From a virus: DNA of 38,337 bases. The notes under the pieces are model-generated. The model did no database searches. It had not been told where the DNA came from and saw only the letters and a program-made list of their open reading frames with translations. A program made the translations under genes and the position numbers. Positions 17,440-25,627 of this stretch are shown here, one piece after another; the first letter of the stretch is position 1, and each line of letters opens with the position of its first letter. The stretch lies in UHGV virus genome UHGV-0135268. One strand, written 5' to 3'.

Positions 17440-18744
17440 CTAAGCCGCCTGTTTCAGCGGGGACTGTTCGAAGGGAATGTCGGGGAAAACGTGACTGTGA
17501 AGCTGACGAAGCGCGGCGGCCTGCGCTGCCGGGCTGTTCTTTTTGAGGTCCTCAAGCGGCGTCAGGTTCAGCTGCACCGTGTAAATATCACCACCCTCAA
17601 TGGGAGGCAGATTTTCCAGCCGGCGCACATCGTTGCGTGACATCCAGCCGTTCTGCAGCGCGCTGGTATAGTAGGCAGCGCGTCCTGCGCTGTCGGCACG
17701 AAGCAGGCCCTCGACAGAAAACTCTGCAAAGATGTCCTCTTCACCGTTCAGCAGACAGCGGGAAATCTCCTGCTCAATATTGACCAGCAACGGGCGCAGC
17801 GTATGGGTCAGAAACTGCAGGTTCATCCCCTCCAGGCTTGATGCCCAGCTGCTCTGCTTAGAGGTATGCCCGACCATAAACGGCGGCACGCGGAACCAGC
17901 GGCAGATTTCCTCAATGCCAAAAGAGCGCGTCTCCAGCATCTGGGCCGCTTCCGGATTCATCGTGACGTTCTGATATTTCAGACCGCCTTCAAGCACCAT
18001 GATTTTCCCGGCATTCTTTGAACTGGTGAACTGTGCCATGTAGCTGCGCAGCCGTTCGCGTTGCTCTTTATCCAGCGGCATATCTGCTGAGAGAAAACCC
18101 GAACTCTGCAGACCGTTCTCAAATATTTTGGCAGCCGACTCTTCGACCGCCATTGCGGCACCGATCACATCGCGCCCGGAACTCAGCGGCATCATGCCGC
18201 AGACTCCGTCAAGACCGAAGCCGCGAATGTGCATCAGGTTCTTTTCCGCAATGACACGCGCCGTACCGTTCTCGGTGTAAGTGTACTCAAGCCGGCCGGT
18301 ATCGAGGCGTTTAACCACCATGTTCTGGGGAAGCAACGGCACCAGCGAGACCAGTTTGTTGCCGATAAACAGCTTCTCCACGAAGGCGTTTCCACGAAGA
18401 CAGATACTCGCCACCAGCATCAGCATAAACCGCGATGGTGTCATCTCCAGATTCGGACGGCGACAAAGTACCTGGTAAACCTGATTCTGTTGGGCCAGCC
18501 TGCGCGAGCCGTCAGGCTGCCGCTCGTAAATCTTCAGCGGTAGCGTTGATATTGACTCGCTCAGCAGCCGGACGCAGGCCCAGACTGCTGACAGCTGGAT
18601 AGCCTTATCCGCGGTGACCACCTTCCCGCTGCTGCTCGTACCGTACCATTCCTGCCAGAACGTCCCGTTGGTCAGGCTGATGGGGACGCCCAGCCAGTTA
18701 AGCAGGGCGCTTTTCACCCTGCCTGGCTGCTTATTTTTCTTCAT
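17440..18744 (-). CDS. Portal protein, HK97 family
   Basis: AVWACVRLLSESISTLPLKIY, EEICRWFRVPP and GWMSRNDVRRLENLPPIEGGD motifs. Confidence 0.95.
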   Translation of the reverse strand: MKKNKQPGRVKSALLNWLGVPISLTNGTFWQEWYGTSSSGKVVTADKAIQLSAVWACVRLLSESISTLPLKIYERQPDGSRRLAQQNQVYQVLCRRPNLEMTPSRFMLMLVASICLRGNAFVEKLFIGNKLVSLVPLLPQNMVVKRLDTGRLEYTYTENGTARVIAEKNLMHIRGFGLDGVCGMMPLSSGRDVIGAAMAVEESAAKIFENGLQSSGFLSADMPLDKEQRERLRSYMAQFTSSKNAGKIMVLEGGLKYQNVTMNPEAAQMLETRSFGIEEICRWFRVPPFMVGHTSKQSSWASSLEGMNLQFLTHTLRPLLVNIEQEISRCLLNGEEDIFAEFSVEGLLRADSAGRAAYYTSALQNGWMSRNDVRRLENLPPIEGGDIYTVQLNLTPLEDLKKNSPAAQAAALRQLHSHVFPDIPFEQSPLKQAA

Positions 18745-20501
18745 CAGAAACCTACCATGATGGGATTATCAAAGAAGCCGCTCAGATCCTGCTGGTCATT
18801 GCCACCGTTAACGAGCAGACGACTCATCGCGGTGAACAGCGCAGCCGGACCATCAATCTTGGCCTCAGGTGTCGATTTGTTGGGAAAGATGTTGTCGTTA
18901 CGATCCGGCTTCACCGTGACGTTCGACATCATCCAGTTCATCACGGGGTGATTGCTGTGGTGAAACCGGCCGCCGTAAACCAGCGCCTCAACCTCTTTCA
19001 TGGCCTCGGAGAAATTGCGCACCGTCTGCGGCACTTCCACAAGGGGTAAACCCTCTTCAGCAAGCGCCAGACTGAACTGCGTCGCGCTCCACGGATCGAA
19101 GCCTATTTCTTTTAGACTTTCCCCGCTGACCCACTGCTGCAGCTCTTCTTTGATCTGCGCATGATCGATAACGTCGCCATCCGTCAGGATAAGTTTGTCG
19201 AGCTCAGCCCATTTCCGGTAGAGCTCGGCCATCTGCCGCGAACATTTTTCCAGCCGCCCCTCGGGCAGCCAGAATTTAAAGTCGGCGTGAACGTGACCAT
19301 CAGGCGATCGCCAGGCTTTTACCGCAGCACAGATATCAATTTTGTTCGCCAGGTCGACGCCGACCCACAGCGGGTAAGTTTTCAGCTCATGCGCCGGCGC
19401 GATAAATTCGCATTTTTCCCACTTCAGCATGTCCATCCAGGAGGACTCCGCCGTCACCCAGATATTCATATGTTTAGTGAAGAAATTAACGCGTGCTGAT
19501 ACCTGCTCTTTTGCTTTCTTCGCAAGGCGGCGTAAATCGTCCCAGCGCTTGCAGATCCCCAGTCCGGGATTCGCCTTTTGCCAGACCGTTTCGTCGAACG
19601 GATCGTCGCCGTCGTCCAGCGTGTAGATGATGGCGAAAAAGGTATCGTCCTTAACGGCACCTTCCACCTCACTGTTAAAACCGCGTAGCACCTTAATGGC
19701 GTAATCGCGCAACTCGTAGCAGATGCCTTCTTTGTTAAAGCCCGCAGTGGTGATACCAAACAGCAGGGACTGCAGGCGCGCACCGGTCGCCGTCTCCAGA
19801 ACGTCCCATACGTCACGGGTTTTATGAGCGTGCAGCTCGTCAACAATGCCGCAGTGAATATTCAGGCCGTCCAGGTTGTTAGCGTCACTGGAAAGCGGCT
19901 CAAATTTAGAGGCACTTTGCTCCTGATAGATAGCCAGCTTGTTGAACTCGAACAGGCGCCCAAGCGTCGGTTTCGCTTTTTTCACCATATTTTTGGCATC
20001 TTCGAAAACGATGCGCGCCTGATCGCGGGTTGTGGCCGCAGAGTAGACCTCGGCCCCACCTTCGCCATCCGCGCCCGTCATGTACAGGCCAACCCCGGAA
20101 GAGAGTGTGGATTTGGCGTTCTTACGCGCCACCTCGTTGTAAGCAGTACGGAACCGCCGCACCATTACCGGGCGGCCGCTGCCATCATTCCGCAGCACCA
20201 CCTTGTGGGTTTCTTCATCCACCAGCGGAATAACGAAACCGTAAATATTGATAAGGATGAAAACATGCCAGTCCATCAGGGCGATCGGCTGCCCGGCCTG
20301 AGCGCCTTTCACATGCGGGATGAACTTATAAAAATTCAGAATGTGCTGGGCGCGGGGCTCGCTGAAGAAAATACCCCGCGCCTCGCCGTTTTGCAGATCG
20401 TCCAGAAAACGCTGGCAGGCCAGCCGGACGTATTCACAGGCAATAATCTCCCCCGCCACGACGCGTTCGGCGTAGCGGATACCATCGGCAACCTTAGCCA
20501 T
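18744..20501 (-). CDS. Terminase large subunit
   Basis: Walker A VARKNAKST, Walker B GIVDELH, nuclease motifs GVDLA..D and KIDGPAA. Confidence 0.95.
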   Translation of the reverse strand: MAKVADGIRYAERVVAGEIIACEYVRLACQRFLDDLQNGEARGIFFSEPRAQHILNFYKFIPHVKGAQAGQPIALMDWHVFILINIYGFVIPLVDEETHKVVLRNDGSGRPVMVRRFRTAYNEVARKNAKSTLSSGVGLYMTGADGEGGAEVYSAATTRDQARIVFEDAKNMVKKAKPTLGRLFEFNKLAIYQEQSASKFEPLSSDANNLDGLNIHCGIVDELHAHKTRDVWDVLETATGARLQSLLFGITTAGFNKEGICYELRDYAIKVLRGFNSEVEGAVKDDTFFAIIYTLDDGDDPFDETVWQKANPGLGICKRWDDLRRLAKKAKEQVSARVNFFTKHMNIWVTAESSWMDMLKWEKCEFIAPAHELKTYPLWVGVDLANKIDICAAVKAWRSPDGHVHADFKFWLPEGRLEKCSRQMAELYRKWAELDKLILTDGDVIDHAQIKEELQQWVSGESLKEIGFDPWSATQFSLALAEEGLPLVEVPQTVRNFSEAMKEVEALVYGGRFHHSNHPVMNWMMSNVTVKPDRNDNIFPNKSTPEAKIDGPAALFTAMSRLLVNGGNDQQDLSGFFDNPIMVGF

Positions 20502-20974
20502 TAATCCCTCGCTTTCATGAACTCAGCCAGCGGATCAACCGCGTCCGGCGTCTTGGCGCTGACTTTTGACCGACTGGCTGGCGTCATCCCGAACTCAGCC
20601 AGCATGGCGCGCAGCCGCTTCCAGGCATCTGCCTTCATCATTGCTGCCGGATGCGCCTTAATCAGCACATCCCCCGTCTGCGTTTCAGTGCGGTATGTAT
20701 ACCCCTCGATTTCCAGCGTATCGCAGTGGTGGCGGTACTCGGTATAAGCCTCAACCAGTAATTCGAGCGCGCGGGCGTCCAGCTGGGAAATGACGCCAAC
20801 GGCATCCAGCTCTTCGGCCATTCGCTTAAACCAGTACTTCGCCTGTTTGTCGAAATGCTTAGGAGTTGGGGGTACCCCTGCAGGGGGTTGTGGCTCGTTT
20901 TTATTGATCGGGCGTTTTGATGGGTTACCCCTCACCAAACGCAGATGGGTCGGGGTTTTCGGTGGTCCGGACAT
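20501..20974 (-). CDS. Terminase small subunit, P27 family
   Basis: MSGPPKTPTHLRLVRGNPSKRP and EFGMTPASRSKV motifs. Confidence 0.93.
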   Translation of the reverse strand: MSGPPKTPTHLRLVRGNPSKRPINKNEPQPPAGVPPTPKHFDKQAKYWFKRMAEELDAVGVISQLDARALELLVEAYTEYRHHCDTLEIEGYTYRTETQTGDVLIKAHPAAMMKADAWKRLRAMLAEFGMTPASRSKVSAKTPDAVDPLAEFMKARD

Positions 20975-21048
20975 AATCGAAAACTCCTATTAATCATCGA
21001 GTGGGGGACCCCATAAAAAAGTTTTCTAACCTGCGGCGGTGTGAAAAA

Positions 21049-21066
21049 GGGTTAGGCGGCGGTCCC
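21049..21066 (-). other. Putative cosN (3'-cohesive end) site
   Basis: Minus strand GGGAC-CGCCGCCTAA-CCC between HNH and terS. Resembles the HK97/HK022 10-nt cohesive end (CGCCGCCAAA, from memory). Confidence 0.55.
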
Positions 21067-21168
21067 TAGCAGACAGGGCCCTGAACTTTCGACCCGCCCT
21101 CCGCATCGATGAGAATCGATATCATTTATATTGAAATGATTTCATTTGAAACAATTTCGCACGATCAT

Positions 21169-21384
21169 TCAAGAATTATTCTCGAACAGGTTGATTCTTA
21201 ACGGATTTTCATTCGTCTCAGCGTCCAGCCCAAAGACGGCCGTGATGCTTGGCACAGTTCCAGGCTCGGTATTTATCCACGTACTCAGTTGCTGGCTGAG
21301 CAGCACGCCATCGACCGCGACGTCATAGCCTATGAAGCACTGCCCCCGATAGATGTGAGCCAGCTGCACTTTCTTCTGTTTCAC
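21169..21384 (-). CDS. Hypothetical protein
   Basis: 71-aa ORF translationally coupled (GTGA) to the HNH gene. Confidence 0.65.
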   Translation of the reverse strand: MKQKKVQLAHIYRGQCFIGYDVAVDGVLLSQQLSTWINTEPGTVPSITAVFGLDAETNENPLRINLFENNS

Positions 21385-21731
21385 CTGTTTCTCTCCGTTG
21401 CAGTCTTGCGCTTATGGCATGGCCAGCACAGTGCTTCGAGATTACTGTCGTCGTCAGTGCCGTCGTGAGCTTTCGGAATAATGTGGTCGACCGTCTCAGC
21501 TGGATGCGGCCTGCCGTTGCGCAGACATTCCTGGCAGATGTGCCTGTCACGTTTAAGGATGCGGACGCGGATGACATCCCATTTACTGCCGTAACCGCGC
21601 TGGTGGCGGCTCAGCCCTCGCTGGTGCTGCTGCCAGCCTTCATTACGATGAGCCTCGCAGTAACCCGAACGGTCTGTAGTAGTGCCGGGGCATCCGCGTT
21701 TACGGCAAGCTCGAGGGATAGCGGATGGCAT
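21381..21731 (-). CDS. HNH endonuclease, terminase cofactor (HK97 gp74-like)
   Basis: CQEC, VDHIIPK..GT, NLEALCWPCHKRKT motifs. Adjacent to cos/terS. Confidence 0.92.
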   Translation of the reverse strand: MPSAIPRACRKRGCPGTTTDRSGYCEAHRNEGWQQHQRGLSRHQRGYGSKWDVIRVRILKRDRHICQECLRNGRPHPAETVDHIIPKAHDGTDDDSNLEALCWPCHKRKTATERNR

Positions 21732-21745
21732 ATTGGAGCTCCAAT

Positions 21746-21774
21746 AAAAAAGCCACCAGCGAATGCTGGTGGCT
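21746..21774 (-). terminator. Intrinsic terminator upstream of HNH
   Basis: AGCCACCAGC-attc-GCTGGTGGCT followed by a T run. Confidence 0.75.
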
Positions 21775-21815
21775 CACAGCGGAAAGACTCTCTTCGGTGC
21801 GCGTGCGATGCTCAT

Positions 21816-21839
21816 AAAAAAGCCCCGCAAATGCGAGGC
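21816..21839 (-). terminator. Terminator of the protease moron
   Basis: GCCTCGCA-tt-TGCGGGGC followed by T6, 25 bp after the 21864 stop. Confidence 0.7.
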
Positions 21840-21863
21840 CTTGTTTAATATCAAAGTACTGGT

Positions 21864-22775
21864 TTAAATATGTCCTGGAGGAACATGCCAAACTCTTCTT
21901 CCATCTTCATGGTTTTCGATGATTTTAGCAGCAGAGCTCCCACCGAAAGTATGCATAAAGCTATGATGAATAGTCAGAACAATGTCCTGAAGCGCCTGAT
22001 CATCCTCCATAGCAGTAATATTCAAACCAATTTGGCTTGCTTTATCACTATGGATATGGCGAGCATGAGCAAAAGTTGAAGTGTGATTATTAAGCTCATC
22101 GCAAATATGTTGTGCTTTATCCTTAGCATTAGGATCACCATCAAACATACCTGTTACAAGCCAATCGGTCACTATTGCAGAGGCCCACTGTATAGCTTTT
22201 TCGCATTCACCGATGAATGTTGGGTTCAGTTTAGAAAGAGTAAATTGCCAAAAAGCAGCTGAGGCAGGATTTTGTAGGATTTCCTGCATAGCTTTTGTAG
22301 TTTCCTCAATAACTCCGTGTGCGGGTACTCCGCCTATCTGAGGATCAAACGGCCCAATATTCGACTGTTTTCCCATGACGATTTCTTTTGCTGTGCAAGC
22401 TAGCATGGTTCCCGCTGACATAGATATCATCGGTATGAAAGCGCGAATATTATTGCCGAATTTTGCACGAAGGTAATAACCAATAGACTCAAGAGCAGCA
22501 ATATCGCCGCCAGGAGTATGCAGCAATAAATCAAGCCCCTTAGTAGTATCAAGGCCATTTATTGCCGTCATGAAACCGTTTTTGTCATCATCGGTCATAC
22601 TGGTAAGATGTGAAATCGAAGGCGTATTCTTTTGTAAAAAGCCAGAGTAATAAGCAATAACATTACGTCCCGTCATCTCTGACATTTCTTTAATATATTT
22701 GCTTCTTACTGTATCCAATGGGCTTTTCTGGGCGAGCACAGCCATCTCGCCCATAACCTTATTCCAATTTGGCAT
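21864..22775 (-). CDS. Moron: ClpP/crotonase-fold serine protease (SDH_sah / S49-like)
   Basis: LDLLLHTPGGD, SMSAGTMLA (nucleophile Ser), IGPFDPQI and HARHI motifs. Markedly AT-rich compared with the flanking genes. Confidence 0.85.
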   Translation of the reverse strand: MPNWNKVMGEMAVLAQKSPLDTVRSKYIKEMSEMTGRNVIAYYSGFLQKNTPSISHLTSMTDDDKNGFMTAINGLDTTKGLDLLLHTPGGDIAALESIGYYLRAKFGNNIRAFIPMISMSAGTMLACTAKEIVMGKQSNIGPFDPQIGGVPAHGVIEETTKAMQEILQNPASAAFWQFTLSKLNPTFIGECEKAIQWASAIVTDWLVTGMFDGDPNAKDKAQHICDELNNHTSTFAHARHIHSDKASQIGLNITAMEDDQALQDIVLTIHHSFMHTFGGSSAAKIIENHEDGRRVWHVPPGHI

Positions 22776-22781
22776 ATAGAT

Positions 22782-22991
22782 TTAATATGAGTAAAGTTGA
22801 TATTCTGTTTGAGCTGTTTGATGAACATTCACTGATTCTACAGTAGAACCAGTAGAGTAAATCACACCAGAATGCTCTGAATTTACAAAATTTGTACTCA
22901 TTACTCGACGGCCATACTCATTAGCAGTCTCGTTTTTTGCAAATTGTGCCATTGGGATATCAAAATTCTTATACAGATCTTGGATAGTCAT
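22782..22991 (-). CDS. Moron: small hypothetical protein (69 aa) co-transcribed with the protease
   Basis: ATG 22991 with AAGGGGG RBS: MTIQDLYKNF...TEYQLYSY. Stop lies 6 bp before the protease ATG. Confidence 0.65.
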   Translation of the reverse strand: MTIQDLYKNFDIPMAQFAKNETANEYGRRVMSTNFVNSEHSGVIYSTGSTVESVNVHQTAQTEYQLYSY

Positions 22992-23131
22992 AGCCTTAAC
23001 CCCCTTGACCACTATATGTTGCAGCTTTAAACCTAAACACCACAATATATAGGCCGCGTTGTGCTTTGGAGACGAAAAGAGCCCCAACTATGGAGCCCTT
23101 GCGAAAAATTTTGTTTATCTTTTATGACCCA

Positions 23132-23242
23132 ACTATGAACGTTATCCACAGATTTATCAACTCCAAAAATCAAAAATGCTTGACACACTTCTTGTTCAAA
23201 ATCTGTGGATAACTATGAAAAACCGTGCATTCTTTTTCCACA
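23132..23242. promoter_or_regulatory. Moron control region: DnaA boxes and putative promoter
   Basis: TTATCCACA (23142-23150), TGTGGATAA (23204-23212) and TTTTCCACA (23234-23242). A minus-strand TTGATA-17-CATAGT (23160-23132) straddles the first box. Confidence 0.65.
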
Positions 23243-23412
23243 CGATGAGCATTCAATCACTTACAAACTTAAACCTCCATGCTAAGCGGAGCTAAGGCAC
23301 AGAAGTGATGTAAGGATTTACAATGTGCAAGAAATCGAGTTTTTTCAGGAGCCCAAGAGATAAACAGTATTACCGCTACTCCTAGCTGTTATCGGTCAAG
23401 AATGGAAATAGT

Positions 23413-23877
23413 TTAATTTAAGCACTGCTGGCTGACATAGCTTTGAAGGGCAGCCAACTGCATCGTCAACTTTTTGATACCAAATCTGAGACGCCAATAA
23501 TCCCGTTCAGCGGAGTCAGTAAGTCGGGGGCCGGCTCCATCAACCATGCGGGCGGGGCCGGGCGCTCCGTTCGCGGGGCAGGTAGCGTTGAGCTGCAACC
23601 GCTTACGGCCAGCAGCCACATCGCGCTCAAGCTGAGCAATATTTTTCTGAGCATCCGCTAAGTCCTTCGTATATTTCGCATCAAGAGCCGCTACGTCGCG
23701 CTGACGGCGCTGCATATCCTCAATGTCATCTTTAGCCAGTTTTAATTCACGATTAACTTCGGTTAAAGATGCCTCAGCTTTTGTGAGCGAGGCACGGTAA
23801 TAAAGCGCGAATCCCACAGCGGCCAGGAAGAGTAGCGGCTTCCACCATGCCCGGACAAAGCCCCATACAGTAGTCAT
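23413..23877 (-). CDS. Rz: i-spanin (Rz)
   Basis: N-terminal TM helix, QRDVAALDAKYTKDLADA coiled coil, PRLTDSAERDY motif. Follows the endolysin. Confidence 0.9.
   Translation of the reverse strand: MTTVWGFVRAWWKPLLFLAAVGFALYYRASLTKAEASLTEVNRELKLAKDDIEDMQRRQRDVAALDAKYTKDLADAQKNIAQLERDVAAGRKRLQLNATCPANGAPGPARMVDGAGPRLTDSAERDYWRLRFGIKKLTMQLAALQSYVSQQCLN
23466..23654 (-). CDS. Rz1: o-spanin lipoprotein (Rz1), embedded in Rz
   Basis: Signal peptide with lipobox AVSG-C. Pro-rich PAPPAWLMEPAPDLLTPLNGII. Alternate frame inside Rz. Confidence 0.88.
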   Translation of the reverse strand: MLRKILLSLSAMWLLAVSGCSSTLPAPRTERPAPPAWLMEPAPDLLTPLNGIIGVSDLVSKS

Positions 23878-24500
23878 CAGAGCACCCGGCGCGCTGCCGC
23901 ATAGCGGGCCCGTCTGTCTTCCAGCCCGTTCTGCCCACCGTTAATAATCTGCGTGACGCGCAGCAAATCGCCCGGATATTTTAGGCAGCCTTTGCTGGTA
24001 TAGAACCATGCCGCAGAGCGCGCTGCGCTGCCGTCTTCGGAAAGCTGTTCCGGCGAGCTCACAAGGTCGAGTTTCAGCGCGGCGCCGCAGTCGTGGTAAT
24101 TCTCAAGCCCTGTGATCTGGATGAGCCCGCGTCCGCGATATTTCCAGCCATCACCCGGGGCGTTATTACCGAGGCGCTTGCTGTAAACCAGATTGGCGAT
24201 CGCGCGCTGGCGTTCAAGGGGCAGCACCTTTTCATACGTGCGGCGGCCCAGCGTGTTGGCCTGATCCTGAGTTAACCGGCCAGCCCGGACAAAATCATTA
24301 AGCGCTGCGATGCTGTAGTTGAAGCTCTCTTCCAGCCTGGTAAAGCCGGTGCTTTCATGGCCGACCTGCGCGATGAACATTGCCTGGTCGACCGGCGCAG
24401 TGATGCCGTAATCACGCATCGCCGCATCAATGTGCGGGAACCAGCGCGCAGCCAAGCTGGCGCTTAAACCAGCCGCCTGCTGAAATTGTTGTTGGTTCAT
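23877..24500 (-). CDS. Endolysin, glycoside hydrolase family 19
   Basis: [26 protein letters not shown] and [11 protein letters not shown] motifs. True start at ATG 24500 (MNQQQF), overlapping the holin stop. Confidence 0.92.
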   Translation of the reverse strand: MNQQQFQQAAGLSASLAARWFPHIDAAMRDYGITAPVDQAMFIAQVGHESTGFTRLEESFNYSIAALNDFVRAGRLTQDQANTLGRRTYEKVLPLERQRAIANLVYSKRLGNNAPGDGWKYRGRGLIQITGLENYHDCGAALKLDLVSSPEQLSEDGSAARSAAWFYTSKGCLKYPGDLLRVTQIINGGQNGLEDRRARYAAARRVL

Positions 24501-24781
24501 TCGGGCCTCAGTACCTGAAACAGGCGCGCCACGTTGCCCCGGGCACGGAACACGGCGGCGCAGATGATTAAGTTGATGATGACCGACGCCCAGTGTGTGT
24601 GGACGTAAAAGTCGAAGAAGTAGCGGAACGGCACCGAGGCATAGGCCAGAATAATCAGGTATGCCAGCCACGATGCCCACCAGCGATGACGTGCACCGGG
24701 CTTGCGGAACAGCATCAGCCTCAAAACAATGGCCGAGCACGTCGCCACGTTGGTCAGTACCAGCGGATCACTTATTACCAT
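24497..24781 (-). CDS. Holin-family membrane protein
   Basis: Three hydrophobic segments and [13 protein letters not shown]-terminus, directly before the endolysin. Confidence 0.8.
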   Translation of the reverse strand: MVISDPLVLTNVATCSAIVLRLMLFRKPGARHRWWASWLAYLIILAYASVPFRYFFDFYVHTHWASVIINLIICAAVFRARGNVARLFQVLRPE

Positions 24782-25148
24782 TGGCTCCCCCTCTCCACCG
24801 CTGGAACCACTGCGCGGGGTCTTGCTGGCTGGCGAACGTCAGGATTTTAATCGTCAGCGCAGAGAGGATAACGGCCCCCAGTGCATCAAGCGGCTTGTCG
24901 CTGTATTCCGTCCAGCTGGCAAGCTTGGAGCCCACCAGCCCCGCACCGTAAACGCCAGCGATGTACGAAACAACAAAATAGGCGGCGCGCCGGATCAGGG
25001 TCAGGTCTGCCGCGGTGGCAACATAAAAGACAGCACCGGCAAACGCGCCAAAAATTACGCCATAATCTGTGCCGGTCAGCAGTCCATAGATGCTTGCACC
25101 AGTAAGCGCAGCACCTGCCGCGACAGTTCCCGAAACCGGATCGGACAT
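24768..25148 (-). CDS. Putative holin / antiholin
   Basis: MSDPVSG..TDYGVIFGAFAGAVFYV motif, multiple TM segments. First lysis gene. Confidence 0.8.
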   Translation of the reverse strand: MSDPVSGTVAAGAALTGASIYGLLTGTDYGVIFGAFAGAVFYVATAADLTLIRRAAYFVVSYIAGVYGAGLVGSKLASWTEYSDKPLDALGAVILSALTIKILTFASQQDPAQWFQRWRGGANGNK

Positions 25149-25281
25149 GTAGCCCCCCTCTATAGCTGTGTATCCTCTCCAAAGAGGGGAAAAGAAAAAG
25201 GCCCGCCGAAGCGAGCCATAAATAAGTGAGCCGATTCCTTGTGATATTCGGCTCTCTGTCTGAGCCGATTATTTCAGGCAC

Positions 25282-25306
25282 AAAAAAGCCCGCTGCGATG
25301 GCGGGC
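25282..25306 (-). terminator. Intrinsic terminator after the tRNA pair
   Basis: GCCCGC-catcgca-GCGGGC followed by T6. Confidence 0.7.
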
Positions 25307-25346
25307 GAATCGGTGTTCTCTTTCGAGTAGGTTTGCGTGCTGCATA

Positions 25347-25422
25347 TGGTGCCGGTTAAAGGATTTGAACCTCTACCCGTTCGCTTACAAGGCGACTGCT
25401 CTACCATTCGAGCTAAACCGGC
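25347..25422 (-). tRNA. tRNA-Thr(UGU)
   Basis: GCCGGTT/AACCGGC acceptor, GCTC/GAGC D-stem, anticodon loop CTTGTAA, T-loop TTCAAAT, encoded CCA. 76 nt. Confidence 0.92.
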
Positions 25423-25428
25423 TGAATT

Positions 25429-25503
25429 TGGCGGGACAGCGTGGAATCGAACCACGATAAGCAGGTTAACAGCCTGCCGTAATAACCTTTATACGACTGA
25501 CCC
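25429..25503 (-). tRNA. tRNA-Asn(GUU)
   Basis: GGGTCAG/CTGTCCC acceptor (one U.U), GCAGG-CTGTTAA-CCTGC anticodon arm, CGTGG-TTCGATT-CCACG T-arm, G discriminator and CCA. 75 nt. Confidence 0.88.
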
Positions 25504-25538
25504 AAAAGAAAAACCCGCTACGGGCGCAAGCGGGTTTT
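25504..25538 (-). terminator. tR' late-leader terminator
   Basis: AAAACCCGCT..AGCGGGTTTTTCTTTT about 30 nt downstream of pR' +1. Confidence 0.8.
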
Positions 25539-25557
25539 GAACGGTGGATATACAATG

Positions 25558-25602
25558 CCCATCGTTAATGTCAAATCTAAGCAAAAACGGCAAACATTGC
25601 AA
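25558..25602 (-). promoter_or_regulatory. Late promoter pR' with sigma-dependent pause element
   Basis: TTGCAA-17-TAGATT, then TGACATT, then AACGATGGG, the same initial transcribed sequence as lambda pR'. Directly downstream of Q. Confidence 0.85.
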
Positions 25603-25627
25603 GCATCGTGATGCTAAATGTTGTGAT

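Noticed and set aside
22992..23087. Extended N-terminus of the small moron ORF (101-aa version)
   Set aside because: The upstream start is non-ATG without an RBS. ATG 22991 has a purine-rich RBS.
23141..23213. Retron-like or transposon-end interpretation of the 15-bp inverted repeat
   Set aside because: There is no reverse transcriptase or transposase in the genome, and the repeat is largely explained by two DnaA boxes.
24501..24740. 80-aa N-terminal extension of the endolysin in the ORF track
   Set aside because: It overlaps the holin gene in another frame. The GH19 protein starts naturally at ATG 24500 with ATGA coupling.
24886..25455. 189-aa minus-strand ORF
   Set aside because: It runs through both tRNAs, terminators and the holin gene, so it is spurious.
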